DNA from: Octopus bimaculoides
Lineage: Eukaryota
Length of the DNA stretch: 64,000 nt
Assembly (NCBI RefSeq): GCF_001194135.2
Contig: NC_068984.1
Span: 38,980,795-39,044,794, forward strand
Direction of reading: 5' to 3'
The translations under genes and the position numbers were made by a program. Shown piece by piece: positions 51,448 through 64,000 of this stretch. The number at the start of each line of letters is the position of its first letter. Positions within the stretch are counted from its first letter, which is position 1. Under the pieces are notes generated by a model. It searched no databases. It was not told where the DNA came from and saw only the letters and a program-made list of their open reading frames with translations.

Positions 51448-53299
51448 GTTAAGAAATTTTAAATGCCGACATCTACAAGACTCAATGTTAAACTATTCCT
51501 CATCCATGGGGGGGGGGGATGATATATAGGTGCAGACATAGCTACAGGGTGAAGAAGCTTGCTTTGAAAGCAGTTGAATTCAGGTTCAGTTCCATTGTGC
51601 AACACCTTGGTCAAGTGTCTATTATAGCTCCAGGCCAAAGAATACTTTGTGAGTAAACTTAGTAGATGGAAACAGTGTGGAAGCCTGTTGCATTTGTATG
51701 TGTGTCTTTGTGTTTACCCCCTGCCACAACCCATAACTTAGCAGTTCAGCAAAAAGACTGATAGCATAAATACTAGATTTGCAAAAATATATGTAGTGGG
51801 GTCGATTTGTTTGACTAAACTCTAAGGCAGTGCCCCAGTATCATGGCAGTCCAATGACTGAAACAAGTACAAGATAAATAGTAAGAAGAAAAGTTTAAAA
51901 TGAAAAATGGAAAGGCTGAGAAACATAAGTACTGAAAGTAGGTGAATGGATGGTGATGGGGAATGAGTTGACTAAGAGACATCATATTAGTGACAACACA
52001 CTGACATTTATCAACACTACTACTGTTAACAAAAGAATTTGTCAACACCAGAAAAGATGATACACTAAACTTAAGGTGACTAAAACTCATATACTGAACA
52101 GGAACAAAGAAGAATTATTTCAAGACAAAACTAAGGCAGATATTACAGTTTGCTACCTTCTCATCACTTGTCAGCAGAGAACAAGCTAAATGACAATAAT
52201 GAAAATATATCAAGTATGAATAGGATTCTATTCTCAGCTATAGCTGAAATGACAGAATAAAAGGCAAAGATTGATAAAATAAAGTACCAGTTAAAAACTG
52301 GGTCAATATAACGGACCAAATCTCACCCTTCAAAACTGCTGGCCTTGTACCTAAAATAGAACTGGTTTATATAACTGACCAAACTCCACCTCTGAAAACT
52401 TGAAACAATGAGTTATAATTTTAAATAAATTAATAGTAAATATATGAAGAACTATGTTTCATGTTATATTTTTATTTGCAGTGTTATCAATTTCTATTTC
52501 TTTAATTACAGTTTTGGTGATGCAAACAAGAATAACAGAACTCAAAACAGGAATATATATTTATCTTTTATTAATTACTATTTAGTAGAAGCAACAGAGT
52601 GACTCAAAGGACGAAAGTTTTGTGCGTTAGCATAGCACTTATTTCTTTAATTAGGTTTTCTATTTTTACTTGGTCATACAACCTGAGTATTCTCAATATC
52701 TTTACCAAGAGTTTAACTTTAGCATGCATTGCACTAATGAATCTTCTATGTAATGTTTCCTACCCAATCAATTATTGCATATAGGCTTTGACTGGACATG
52801 TTTGTTATATATCAATTCAAATCTAAGGAATATGAACAGTAATGACAAGTTGTTAATACTAAATATAAATTAAGGTAAAAGAAAATCATTTGCTATGGTA
52901 CTCAGGTAAAATGACTGTAATCAAATAGAACTGTAAAGGCTGGAAGAGAGAAAAAAAGAAACTAAGTGATTTAAAAAAGTCACCACAAATGTAACTTCTC
53001 AACAATTAAAATCCTTTAAGCTCTGGTCACAAGATATCGCTTGACAACTAAAAGTACGAAATAAGTTTTGTGGTTTAAAAGCTTAGTAATTATTTACGTT
53101 GTTAATTGCAAGTGCTCTTAAAAGTACAGTAATGTTGACTGAGTCAAAATTTGTATAAGAATTAACCCTTTTATTTAATAATGCACTACTTGTGGTAATA
53201 AAGTATATAAAATATCAATGAAGTATATAAAACTATACAAATAATAAAGAAGTATATAAAGCTATACAAAATAATAATGAAGTCTATAAAACTATTCTC

Positions 53300-53835
53300 C
53301 TTCCCACTGGTTCCAGACTACCCAACCATATTTCACTCTCTTGTCCTCCCACCTTCCAGAAACTGTAACATCTTTATTAGTGCTGTTTGCCTATCTTCCC
53401 TTCTGCATCCCTCTGTCTTCCCAAGCTCATAGCTCTTGTGTCATCCACTCTTCAGCCCTACCTATTTTAGAGCAGTCTGCCTCTCCAACCTTCATTCACC
53501 TTTCCATACAATCTTGCAAACCATTCACTCACCCACTTCTACACAGCCTGTGTCTTGTGGGGCCACTTGGACACATTATCAACAGCACATTCTCTCCCCA
53601 TCCTCTTCTACAAGATATGAGTAGCCATACTGATGCCTCTGCATAAACTTGCTCTGCCCCCTCCGTCCTGTGAACTGCATGGCAACCTCAATAATGCAGG
53701 TGGCATGAAAAAAAAGCACCCAGTCCACACACTGTAAAGTGGTTTGCATTAAGAGGGGCATCCAGCTGTAAAAACCATACCAAAGAAAACAATGGAGCTC
53801 AATGCAATCTTTAAGACACATTGGATTCCAATGAT
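53300..53835 (-). mobile_element. Old RTE-like 3' fragment with tail
   Basis: Degenerate C-terminal coding remnant followed by tail region similar to other RTE 3' ends. Confidence 0.55.
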
Positions 53836-55699
53836 GATGATAGTTGAAGTGTATAAAATTCTACAAAATTTACTTAATATATATAATTTAAAATTATATT
53901 TCCCTATTTGAGATCCCAACTTAGTTTTAAAGTGTAATGAAAGAAAAATTTGGCAAACAATAATAGTTATTTGTGCATCCAGCAATAGAAATCATGCCAA
54001 AACAGCCAAAGGAGCCTGGTGGTAAAACCATCCAACCCATGCCAGCATGGAAAACGGACATATGATGATGATGATGGAGGATTGATTCAGTCACATGAAA
54101 ATCCCCCACCATAAATGCAGGTGACCCTGTGTGAAAAATAATATTATTATTATTATTTTTACATTTACATTTTAATATAATAGTTTCTGTTCAAGCCAAG
54201 CTCTGTCAGAAAGTGTAATGATGGTCACTTCTGATAGGACTCTATAAAGGAGGTGCCTGAGGGCTCTACCTCCCAGGAATAGCAGGCAGGGAAGATGGGT
54301 GGAGTTACTGTTTGAGTAATTGTTTTTCCTACTGGCTGCTCATCCTGCAATTAACCACACACTCATGAAATAAATGAGGAACCTGATTTAGTCAGGGACC
54401 TTCACGGTTAGCTTTCTGAATAGCAACTACACATTTGTAAAACTTGAAGTCTTTATGAATGACCAAGATCAGGCTTAACATGATTTGCATTGAACAAAAC
54501 ACTAACTACCAATTCAAATCTTTTGCTACTTCTAATAAGGTTGTAATTGATCCACTTATGAATATATCTTTTTGCTTTAAGGCCCAAAACTTTGATAATA
54601 GTCTCTGCTTTGGAATTTAGTCAACTGTATATGTTTGAAGAATATCAATTCAGAGGTCTCTAGAAGATTTGTTTACTAATAAGAATAACAATAGAAACAA
54701 AAATGTTAATAATATGGGTTACTGGTAGCAGCAAATATAAGAACTGTCCTGTAGCAATAGTTCAAACAGACAGAAAGGAAGTAGTAATTATTGCTAGGAC
54801 CTAATCAGGAATGGAGGTGGGTGCTCTGAAAGCAGAGTAAGAATTGGAAAAAGTTCAAGGAGCTAAAACTCTGATGGTAAGAGATTTTCTCTTCAAGTGA
54901 AAGAAAGACAACATACACTAGTGTGTTGCTTGTGTATTAACTGTGATATTGCATGGTAGTGAAACATGGGCACATTGAAATGAAGAGGATGTGTAAAAGC
55001 TGGAAAGAAATGGTTGAACAGACTCTTTTGGATGTATTATGTCAGCATGCATGAATACCAAAGCACAAATAAGCTGAGAAAAACACTGGATTGAAGATAT
55101 ATCAGCTATAATGTGCAAGACAGGAACATGTGCTGGTATTGATATGTAATGCATATGAAGGCTGCCAGCTAGGAAAGTGATTCAAGTGGAAGGAACCTGT
55201 GAAAGAAAAAGACATGAATACTGAACCTCATGAAAGAGATGACAAGATACCACCCTGAGTGGTGAGATATTGAAGATGAGGCATTAAACATATGCAAGTA
55301 TAGAAAAACAAAAGTAAAATGATGATGATAAACTGAAGAAAATAACAAGAAAATCTTAGCTGTTCACTGAAATACCAGAAGTATTTTGGAAATCATATTT
55401 TGAAAAAAAAAAAAGATGTCAATATACCAAAATAATATGAAATAAATAATTTGTTCTAGTAATTCTGGAATTAACACATTGAGAGAACCTCTAAGTAGAA
55501 ACTTGACCGATGTAAGGGAGATACTGCTGCTAGAAATAGCAATTTAACCTTGCTCAAATTGTACCCTACCATCTTAACAACAAGAAGGACACTGCATAAT
55601 TCAGTCTTGGTTTACAAAAAGATGGGTTGGTTACAATTAGAACATATTTACAAGTCTGCTCAATCAAAGATAACCTAGTGCTAAGCAACAGCTCTCGAA

Positions 55700-56300
55700 T
55701 TAACAACATCATCATCATTGTTTAACGTATGTTTTCTATGCTGGCATGGGTTGGATGATTTGACTGGGGACTGGCAAGCCAGGAGGCCGCTCCAATCTGA
55801 TCTGGTAATGTATCTACAGCTGGATGCCCTTCCTAACACCAAACACTCCGAGAGTGTAGTGGGTGCTTTTTACTTGCCACTGGCATGGGGAGCTAGCCAG
55901 GCAGCTCTGGCAGCGACCCACACATGAATGGTGCTTATTGCATACCACCAGTACTGGTATCAGCCACGACTACAATTTCTATTTGTTTGTGGTTTGATTT
56001 GATTTTGATTTACTTGACTCAATAGATCTCCTCAAGCACGGCATGTTGCCTGACAATTCAAAGGTACTTTTTAAATGGGCTGGTTATGCAACACTGGTGT
56101 AGGCTATGGCTGTGATCTCACTTTCCTTGCCAGGTCTTCTCAATCACAGCATATCTCCAGAGGTCTCGGTCTTTCATCATTGCCTCTGTGAGGCCCAACA
56201 TTCGAAGGTCATGCTTCACCACTTCATCCCATGTCTTCCTGGGTCTCCCTCTTCCACTGTTAGGGAGTGACACTTCTTCACACAGCTCTCCTCATCCATA
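55700..56300 (-). mobile_element. RTE LINE 3' end with (GAT)n tail
   Basis: Reverse complement of the EESCVKKCH...GRPRKTWDEVVKHDL region and 3'UTR. Confidence 0.85.
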
Positions 56301-57611
56301 TGTAGCAATATCTAATATAATTAGTAGTTCTTACATATGCTCTGCAAACAGGTAATAGAAGCTTCTCTACAATAGACCAATACAGAATAAGTAACTAAAA
56401 TTTCTTATTCAGGAAAACAATTACTTTCTTTTTACCTACAGATTTCACCAGAAATTGTTACAGCTTATCCCAGTTTTCACAACATTTAGCAACAGAAAGA
56501 TATTTCTTCTAAAAAGGATGTCAGTTTTACAAAGATCTTGTATCCAATGATGGATAAAAATAAACATAAGTTTTCTAAAATTTGTAGCCTTGTGTCAATG
56601 TCAGAAATCAATGTAATTCTCATTGACAGCTCCATACAAATACAAAACTTTCAAAGATTTGCTAAAATCAACCAACTTCTTTTTTAACCATACTAAATGG
56701 AAGAAACAAAACACAGTCACACACAAGATTCTCATTTATTGTAGATGAACTGTGAAAAAGGCCTGTGAAATGCAACACTGATTAAAGTGAATTCATCTTT
56801 GCTGTTGTACGAAGATAAATATCTGCATTGTCTCCTGATATGTAATCTTTCCTCGATGACAAGTCTGGGTTTTGAAAGTGTCATGTGGCTTGTGTAGATG
56901 GGATTATCTCTGGACCTTCTATCATGCAAAACTTCAATGCCTTGCAGTTTGTGGGCGTTATGCTTCATAATTTGACGTGCAACTTGAATTTTCTTAGACA
57001 GCAGGCTTATTATTCCTTGTTAGAGACTACCATTTGCTTCTGTTCAGTACAAAATGTTACCAATAAACAGTGCTGTCATTTTTATACTACAGTAGATGTT
57101 CTCATCTACTGTAGAAGGGTTACAAAAAGAGCTGATTAAAGCACATCCATCTTTAGAATGGAGGAGATGAATTGACTGATAAGGATCAAATGTTTCAACA
57201 AGCTAAACAGTGTTTTGGAGTCCTTTTTGCTTAAGACCAGTTGAATATCTATGAATATGCACAACCACCATGTGTTCTAGGACATGCATCAGAGCAGGTC
57301 CACACACCAGTGGGCCTGTGACACATCTTCAAGAGCCAGCCCACCTAGGATCCTTATATGCCAGAGCTACAAGATCATCTTCTGTTATATGTATCCCACT
57401 GGACCTGGGAATAGTGGTGACTAAGTGATAACTCCATACTCCCCAAACAACCTAACCCCCAAGCTGGAGCTTCAACATCAGATGCTGCTTATTGTTTTGC
57501 CTGTGTGTGTGCATGTGCATATACATGCATATATATGTATATACATATGAACATGCACATACAAATATAAACACAGAGACATACATATATAATCACACAC
57601 ACACACACACA

Positions 57612-58465
57612 CAGAGTGTGGTGAATATATTGTTGTCTAAATTACTCAAAAATGAAAATAACACTGACATCTCATTCCAACAAACATATTTACCAAAATT
57701 ACATAAAAATATCTTGAAATACTAAAGAGTAAATTTATTCAATAGAATCGCCATTGGCTTCAACGACTTTGGAATCTCTTGTAACTCTTCTGGACAGGTT
57801 CCTTGTTTAAGTTGTGAATGCTACCACAACCCTTGCCTTCAGTTCATCTTTGGTGTTACAAGGAGTTGTGTTGGTCTCTCGCTCAACTGTGCCACACACA
57901 TAATAATTAATGGGGTTGCAGTCTGAGGAGTTATGTGGCCAGATGTTAGGGGTGATGTGGTCGCAGAAATTGTCTGACAGCCATAACTGGGTCCTTCTGC
58001 TTGTGTGACATAGTGCAGAGTCCTGTTGCCAGACATAGGGTCTTCCAGCAGCCACCCTCTTGACCCAGGGCAGCACTACCTCCTCCAGGCACTTGATGTA
58101 GGCCTCCATGTTGAGTCTGAGGCCATGCGGGAAGATGAATGGAGGCATAACATTGCTATCACTAGTGATCACTCCAAACACTATCATGTTGACTGGATGT
58201 TTGATTTTTATCACTTTTGGTAATGTATTGTCCTCAGACTGACACCCAAACACTTTGAAATATTTGTACTGAAGCTTCCGGTGCAAATGCCAAGCAGTAC
58301 AGTATGTTGTTTCCAAATTTCTGGCAGAGTGAATTGTGTCATGGTGCTGTTTTTCTCACAGATGGTGCCCAACTGACCCTACTAAATGGTGTAGTTGACA
58401 AAATCATAAACAATGTGCATGTGTGAAATTAAAAATATAAAATAGTGACAATTTACGCATCACAC

Positions 58466-58467
<2 letters not shown>
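57612..58467 (-). mobile_element. DD37D (maT/mori-type) Tc1/mariner-superfamily element, internally deleted
   Basis: WQQDSALCH...WPHNSSDCNPINYY with 37 residues between D and the (mutated, N) third position; degenerate TIRs CAG(AG)TGTG.TG...ATTGT. Confidence 0.8.

Positions 58468-58551
<84 letters not shown>
58466..58551. repeat. (TG)n(TA)n compound microsatellite
   Basis: Directly visible; many similar (TA)n, (GA)n and (CA)n tracts elsewhere (e.g. 9886-9912, 27630-27666). Confidence 0.95.
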
Positions 58552-58557
<6 letters not shown>

Positions 58558-59219
58558 TATACACATACATACATATATATTGCCCTGTGGTTTAGAAGTT
58601 TACTTCTCAACTATATGGTTTTGAGTTCAGTCCCACTGCATGGCATTTTGGGCAAGTGTCTTCTACTATAATCCCAGGCCAACCAATGTACTGCAAGTAG
58701 ATTTGGTAGATAGAAACTGAAAGAAGCCTGTTACATATATATAGATGTAAATGTGGGTACATGTGTTTGTGTGCGTCACCGACTTCCTATCTTGATATCA
58801 TGACAGTTGTAAAATAAGCAAGTGGCGTTTCCAGTCTTCTGTGAAAACATGTTTGGCCATAGGGTTGTATTATATTGCTTGGAAATAGGTAAGTGTTGGC
58901 GACAGGAAGGGCATCTACCCAAAGAAAATCTGTATCAACAAGTTCAGTCCAACCCATGCAAGCAGGGACTAGTGGACATTAAAACAATGATGACATACAT
59001 GCATATATAATTAGACACACACACACACACACATATATATATATGTAGCTCAAAAGAACAAACAGAAAATAAATTGCTGATATTTCAGACACTTCATTAC
59101 ATGCTTTTAAATAAACTATAATCAGTAATTAAGTTTATTGATCACGCTTTCAGATGACATACTGAAATTGGTAAATTGTAATGCATTTACTGTATCAATA
59201 ACTATATTTATATATACAT

Positions 59220-59527
59220 CATCATCATCATCATTTAACATCCATTTTCCATGCCAGCATGGTTTCTATGGCCAGACGCCCTTCCTAACGCCAACCGCTT
59301 TACAGAATGTACTGGGTGCTTTTATGCAGTACCAGCACAGGTGCGTTTTACATGATACCAGCACTTATGAACCCACATAGTGAGGAATGCTCAGCTGGAG
59401 AAGGATGCAAGAACAAGCCTGTATGCAAGGACAACCATGCTTTTACTTAGCTTGACGTGTCTTTTCAGGCACAGCAAACCACCAGGAGTCTTGGTTCTCT
59501 ATCATCCCCTGTGAGTCCCAACATCTG
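59220..59527 (-). mobile_element. RTE-type 3' end with (GAT)n tail (distinct subfamily)
   Basis: catcatcatcatttaacatccattttccatgccagcatgg tail in reverse orientation. Confidence 0.7.
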
Positions 59528-59921
59528 TGTATGAGTATGTGTAACGGCCCTCAACGTTTGTTTTCCTCTGTCTTGGTTTCTGTTTGCCACTTTGGAATCC
59601 TCTGCATAGCAGGCTTCACTTAATTTGCTTTGCGGGAAGAGCTATTCTAAGAGCGCGTTCTGCCTCATCTTCGAAAAGCTTAGTTTAGAATAGAGGCAGC
59701 TGATGAAGGAAAAGTTCCATATGTGGCTTGTCTGTTTTCCTATGTGTTCATTCTGCTGTCTGAAAAAAAAGTTTGTTTTTTGTGCTTTGTTTATGTTCCT
59801 GTTCCTTTTTTGTCCACGGTTTTTGACATCCTGTATCTGAATATGCATCTATATATACATGCAGATGTAGGTATGTACATATATGTGTGTATATATGCAT
59901 ATGCTCACATATCATTTGTAT

Positions 59922-59967
<46 letters not shown>

Positions 59968-60440
59968 TCACTCATGATAACACGTAATCCAGTGTAATCT
60001 GTGGTGAAGAGGGTTGCTGAAAGATCTGTAGGACAACTGACCTGCCAAGAGGACAGAAGAACCAAGTAAAGAGTCAATAGTGATCTAGCAATGGTGTAAA
60101 GGAATATATAAATATTTATGGTGTCCTGTTATACCACTGGGAGTAATGGGTAGAATTGAGTACTTTACCCATGATAGTTATATAATCTTTGATCTACACT
60201 TGTTTGTAATACCCAATGATCATAACATATGATTTAGGTTTGGTGAATCTTGCACAATGCCAAGTATGTTATTGTGATGTTGTGCAAGCCATATATTCAT
60301 TTTATTTAGAATATCTTGGATCATATCCATGCAGAAGTGCACTTAATTATGTTGAACTATTTTAAAACAACCTGATAACACTTGGGCCAAGTAGACATCC
60401 TCACTTTGCCCTTCATTAACAATAGTCATATACATTAGTC

Positions 60441-62120
60441 TCACTTGGCTTGCCGGGTTTTCTCACACACAGCATATTTCCAAAGGTCACGGTCACAAGT
60501 TATTGCCTTGGTGAGGCCTAATGTTCAAAGGTCATGCTTCACCACCTCATCCCAGGTCTTCCTAGGCCTGCCTCTTCCACGGGTTCCCTCAACCACTAGG
60601 GTGTGGCACTTTTTCACGCAGCTATCCTCATCCATTCTTGCTACATGTCCATACCAGCACAATCGTCTCTCTTGCACACCACAACTGATGCTTCTTATAT
60701 TCAGCTTTTCTCTCAAGATACTTACACTCTGTCGGGTATGCACACTGACATTGCTCATCCATCAGAGCATACTGGCTTTATTCCTTGCGAGCTTACGCAT
60801 GTCCTCAGCAGTCACGGCCCATGTTTCACTGCCATGTAGCATGGCTGTTNNNNNNNNNNNNNNNNNNNNNNNNNNNNNNNNNNNNNNNNNNNNNNNNNNN
60901 NNNNNNNNNNNNNNNNNNNNNNNNNNNNNNNNNNNNNNNNNNNNNNNNNNNNNNNNNNNNNNNNNNNNNNNNNNNNNNNNNNNNNNNNNNNNNNNNNNNN
61001 NNNNNNNNNNNNNNNNNNNNNNNNNNNNNNNNNNNNNNNNNNNNNNNNNNNNNNNNNNNNNNNNNNNNNNNNNNNNNNNNNNACTTTGCCCAGGCTATTC
61101 TTAGTCTAGCGGCTACACTTTCAGCGCACCCACTCCCACAACTAACTTGGTCACCCAGATAGCGGAAGCTATCAACTACGTCTAGTTTTTCTCCCTGGAA
61201 TGAGACAGAAGTTGTTTTCTGCATATTTACAGTGATTATTGCACCTGAACATCTGCCACATACAAAAACTAACTTACTAGTTAACCTGCCTTTGATATTG
61301 CTGCACCTCTTATGTGTCCATAGCTTGCACTGGGTACATCTTATAGAGTTTCTACCTACACCTTTTCTACAGATCGAGCAGGGCCATCTACCTGAAGAGG
61401 TTTATGTTTTTTCTATCTTCCTACTTATTAGGACTTTGGTTTTAGTTAGGTTGACTCTAAGGCGCTTCGATTCTAGTCCCTGCTTCCACACCTGAAACTT
61501 CTCTAGTTCTGATAGTGACTCAGCAATTAGCACAAGGTCATCAGCATAGAGGAGCTCCCAGGGGCATCCTGTCTTGAATTCCTCTGTTATTGCCTGGAGG
61601 ACTATGATAAATAGGAAGGGGCTGAGGACAGAACTTTGGTCGACCCTTACCTCTACCTGGAATTCATCACTGTACTTATTGCCAACCCTCACTTTACTGA
61701 CAATATCTCTGTACATGGCTCGCACAACTCTCATTAACCATTCTTCTATCCTGAGTTTCCTCATTGACCACCAGATAAGGGATCGGGGGACACTGTCAAA
61801 GGCTTTCTCCATGTCAACAAAAGCCAGGTACAGAGGTTTATCTTTGGCTAGGTATTTCTCCTGCAGCTGTCTTACCAGAAATATAGCATCAGTGGTGCTT
61901 TTCCCTGGCATGAACTCAAACTGCATCTCATCTAAACTGACTTGCTCCCTAATTAGTTGGGCTATGACCCTCTCCATGACTTTCATTACCTGATCTAACA
62001 GCTTGATACCTCTGTAATTATTTGTATCTAAAGCATCACCTTTACCTTTGTAGCAGTTGACTATGGTGCTGCTTCACCAGTCATTGGGTATGACTCCTTC
62101 GTGTATTAACTGGTTAGCAA
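60441..62120 (-). mobile_element. RTE LINE, long RT fragment (with gap)
   Basis: MQFEFMPGKSTTDAIF...AFVDMEKAFDSVPR...LLYADDLVL; C-terminal LCWYGHVARM...GRGRPRKTW. Confidence 0.93.
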
Positions 62121-62860
62121 NNNNNNNNNNNNNNNNNNNNNNNNNNNNNNNNNNNNNNNNNNNNNNNNNNNNNNNNNNNNNNNNNNNNNNNNNNNNNNNN
62201 NNNNNNNNNNNNNNNNNNNNNNNNNNNNNNNNNNNNNNNNNNNNNNNNNNNNNNNNNNNNNNNNNNNNNNNNNNNNNNNNNNNNNNNNNNNNNNNNNNNN
62301 NNNNNNNNNNNNNNNNNNNNNNNNNNNNNNNNNNNNNNNNNNNNNNNNNNNNNNNNNNNNNNNNNNNNNNNNNNNNNNNNNNNNNNNNNNNNNNNNNNNN
62401 NNNNNNNNNNNNNNNNNNNNNNNNNNNNNNNNNNNNNNNNNNNNNNNNNNNNNNNNNNNNNNNNNNNNNNNNNNNNNNNNNNNNNNNNNNNNNNNNNNNN
62501 NNNNNNNNNNNNNNNNNNNNNNNNNNNNNNNNNNNNNNNNNNNNNNNNNNNNNNNNNNNNNNNNNNNNNNNNNNNNNNNNNNNNNNNNNNNNNNNNNNNN
62601 NNNNNNNNNNNNNNNNNNNNNNNNNNNNNNNNNNNNNNNNNNNNNNNNNNNNNNNNNNNNNNNNNNNNNNNNNNNNNNNNNNNNNNNNNNNNNNNNNNNN
62701 NNNNNNNNNNNNNNNNNNNNNNNNNNNNNNNNNNNNNNNNNNNNNNNNNNNNNNNNNNNNNNNNNNNNNNNNNNNNNNNNNNNNNNNNNNNNNNNNNNNN
62801 NNNNNNNNNNNNNNNNNNNNNNNNNNNNNNNNNNNNNNNNNNNNNNNNNNNNNNNNNNNN

Positions 62861-64000
62861 CCAGGGAGTAGAGACCTAGTGCCTTCAGTCGCTCCCTGTA
62901 GTTCATCTGCTGGACTGTGGCGATCTTTTTTGTATGGTGACGCTGAATTGCCTCAAGTTCTGCTGTCTGCTTGACACTGTGTGGTGACTACAACTGAGAG
63001 CAATAGTCTAGGCAGCTCAAAACAAATGTCTTCCATAGAGTCAATGACTTTTTGATCCCTTGTTCGGAATGTTCTCAGTATCCACCCTGCCATTTGTTTG
63101 CACTTTGCTGTCAACTTGACAATGTGCATGTGAAATGATGCATCACTACACATGCTGATGCCTAGGTCTCTCACTGTTTGTGGTTCTGGGATTGCAGTAC
63201 CTCCAGGTCCTGTGTATGCCAGTTGGGGGGCACTTGTGGCCTTGTAGCGCAGTACTTGAAATTTTTTAGCATTGAACTGCATATTAATTTGCTCTACCCA
63301 CTCATATATTGCATTTAGGTCATTCTGCAGGCTTATGATATCATCAGGATTCTTTATTGCCTGAGATAGTTTTGTGTCATCAGCATAGCTAGTGACAGTG
63401 GCTGTCCGAGTGACCGTGGGCATGTCCAGAAGGGCTACTATGAACAGTAGTGGCCCCAGGACAGTTCCTTGTGGAACATCGCTCAATATTTGCATTTCCC
63501 TAGATAATTCTCCATTTGCTGCAACTGTCTGACTTCTACCATTCAGGAAGTCATGCAGCCACTCTCCTAATTTACCAGCTATGCCAAGGTTTTGCAGCTT
63601 GTGACATATGCCATGATCAACTTTGTCAAAAGATTTTGCAAAGTTGAGATACATCACATCAACATTTGAATGGTCAAGCAGCTGCTTCAGGACCCAGTCA
63701 TAATGCTGCAAGAGCTGCGTGAAGCAGCTTCTACCTGGACGGAAACCATGCTGGGTCTCATTCAGCAAGTCATTTTCTTCTAGGAACGCAATCAATCTCC
63801 TTCTGACAATTCGTTCCATGACTTTGCTAATATGTGAAGTCAGAGAGATGGGCCTGTAGTTCTCAGCCTCTCCTCTGCTTCCACCTTTATGGATAGGACA
63901 TATGATGCCTTCCTTCAGCTTTTTGGGAAGTTTACCACTTGCAAGGAAACTCTGGAAGAGTATCCGGAGTGGTCCCGCTAATTCTTGTTTACATAACTTT
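62861..64000 (-). mobile_element. CR1-clade LINE RT fragment
   Basis: QHGFRPGRSC, YLNFAKSFDKVDH, VPQGTVLGPLLF, YADDTK, VRDLG; NYRERLKALGLYSL near the 3' end. Confidence 0.9.

Noticed and set aside
56442-57139. Coding-like plus-strand stretch after a good acceptor, faintly Ulp1-protease-like
   Set aside because: It needs a frameshift and contains about six stops; catalytic residues are not present and I cannot assign a family. Only a tBLASTx or HMM hit would revive it.

Overview
AT-rich, microsatellite- and transposon-laden animal DNA with five N-gaps. The repeat families (RTE LINEs with (GAT)n tails, tRNA-headed SINEs) suggest a coleoid cephalopod, probably Octopus; this is inference. The only host gene I can support is YME1L1 (mitochondrial i-AAA/FtsH zinc protease) on the minus strand. 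It has 18 in-frame coding exons from 48855 to the stop at 10335, all with GT-AG junctions, totalling 2148 nt (715 aa plus stop). The short ATG exon was not found and probably lies beyond the window. Most of the remaining recognisable sequence is mobile DNA: RTE and CR1 LINE fragments, SINEs, mariner, DD37D/maT, Chapaev-like, Helitron, and piggyBac-, pogo- and hAT-type MITEs. Three things stand out. (1) A compact 3.36-kb TTAA|GAG...CTC|TTAA element fills part of a YME1L1 intron and carries a frameshifted ~1000-aa DDD transposase of Sola3 type. (2) A composite of back-to-back tRNA-like heads followed by a minimal hammerhead ribozyme motif is nested in a pogo MITE. (3) Several long foldback structures occur.
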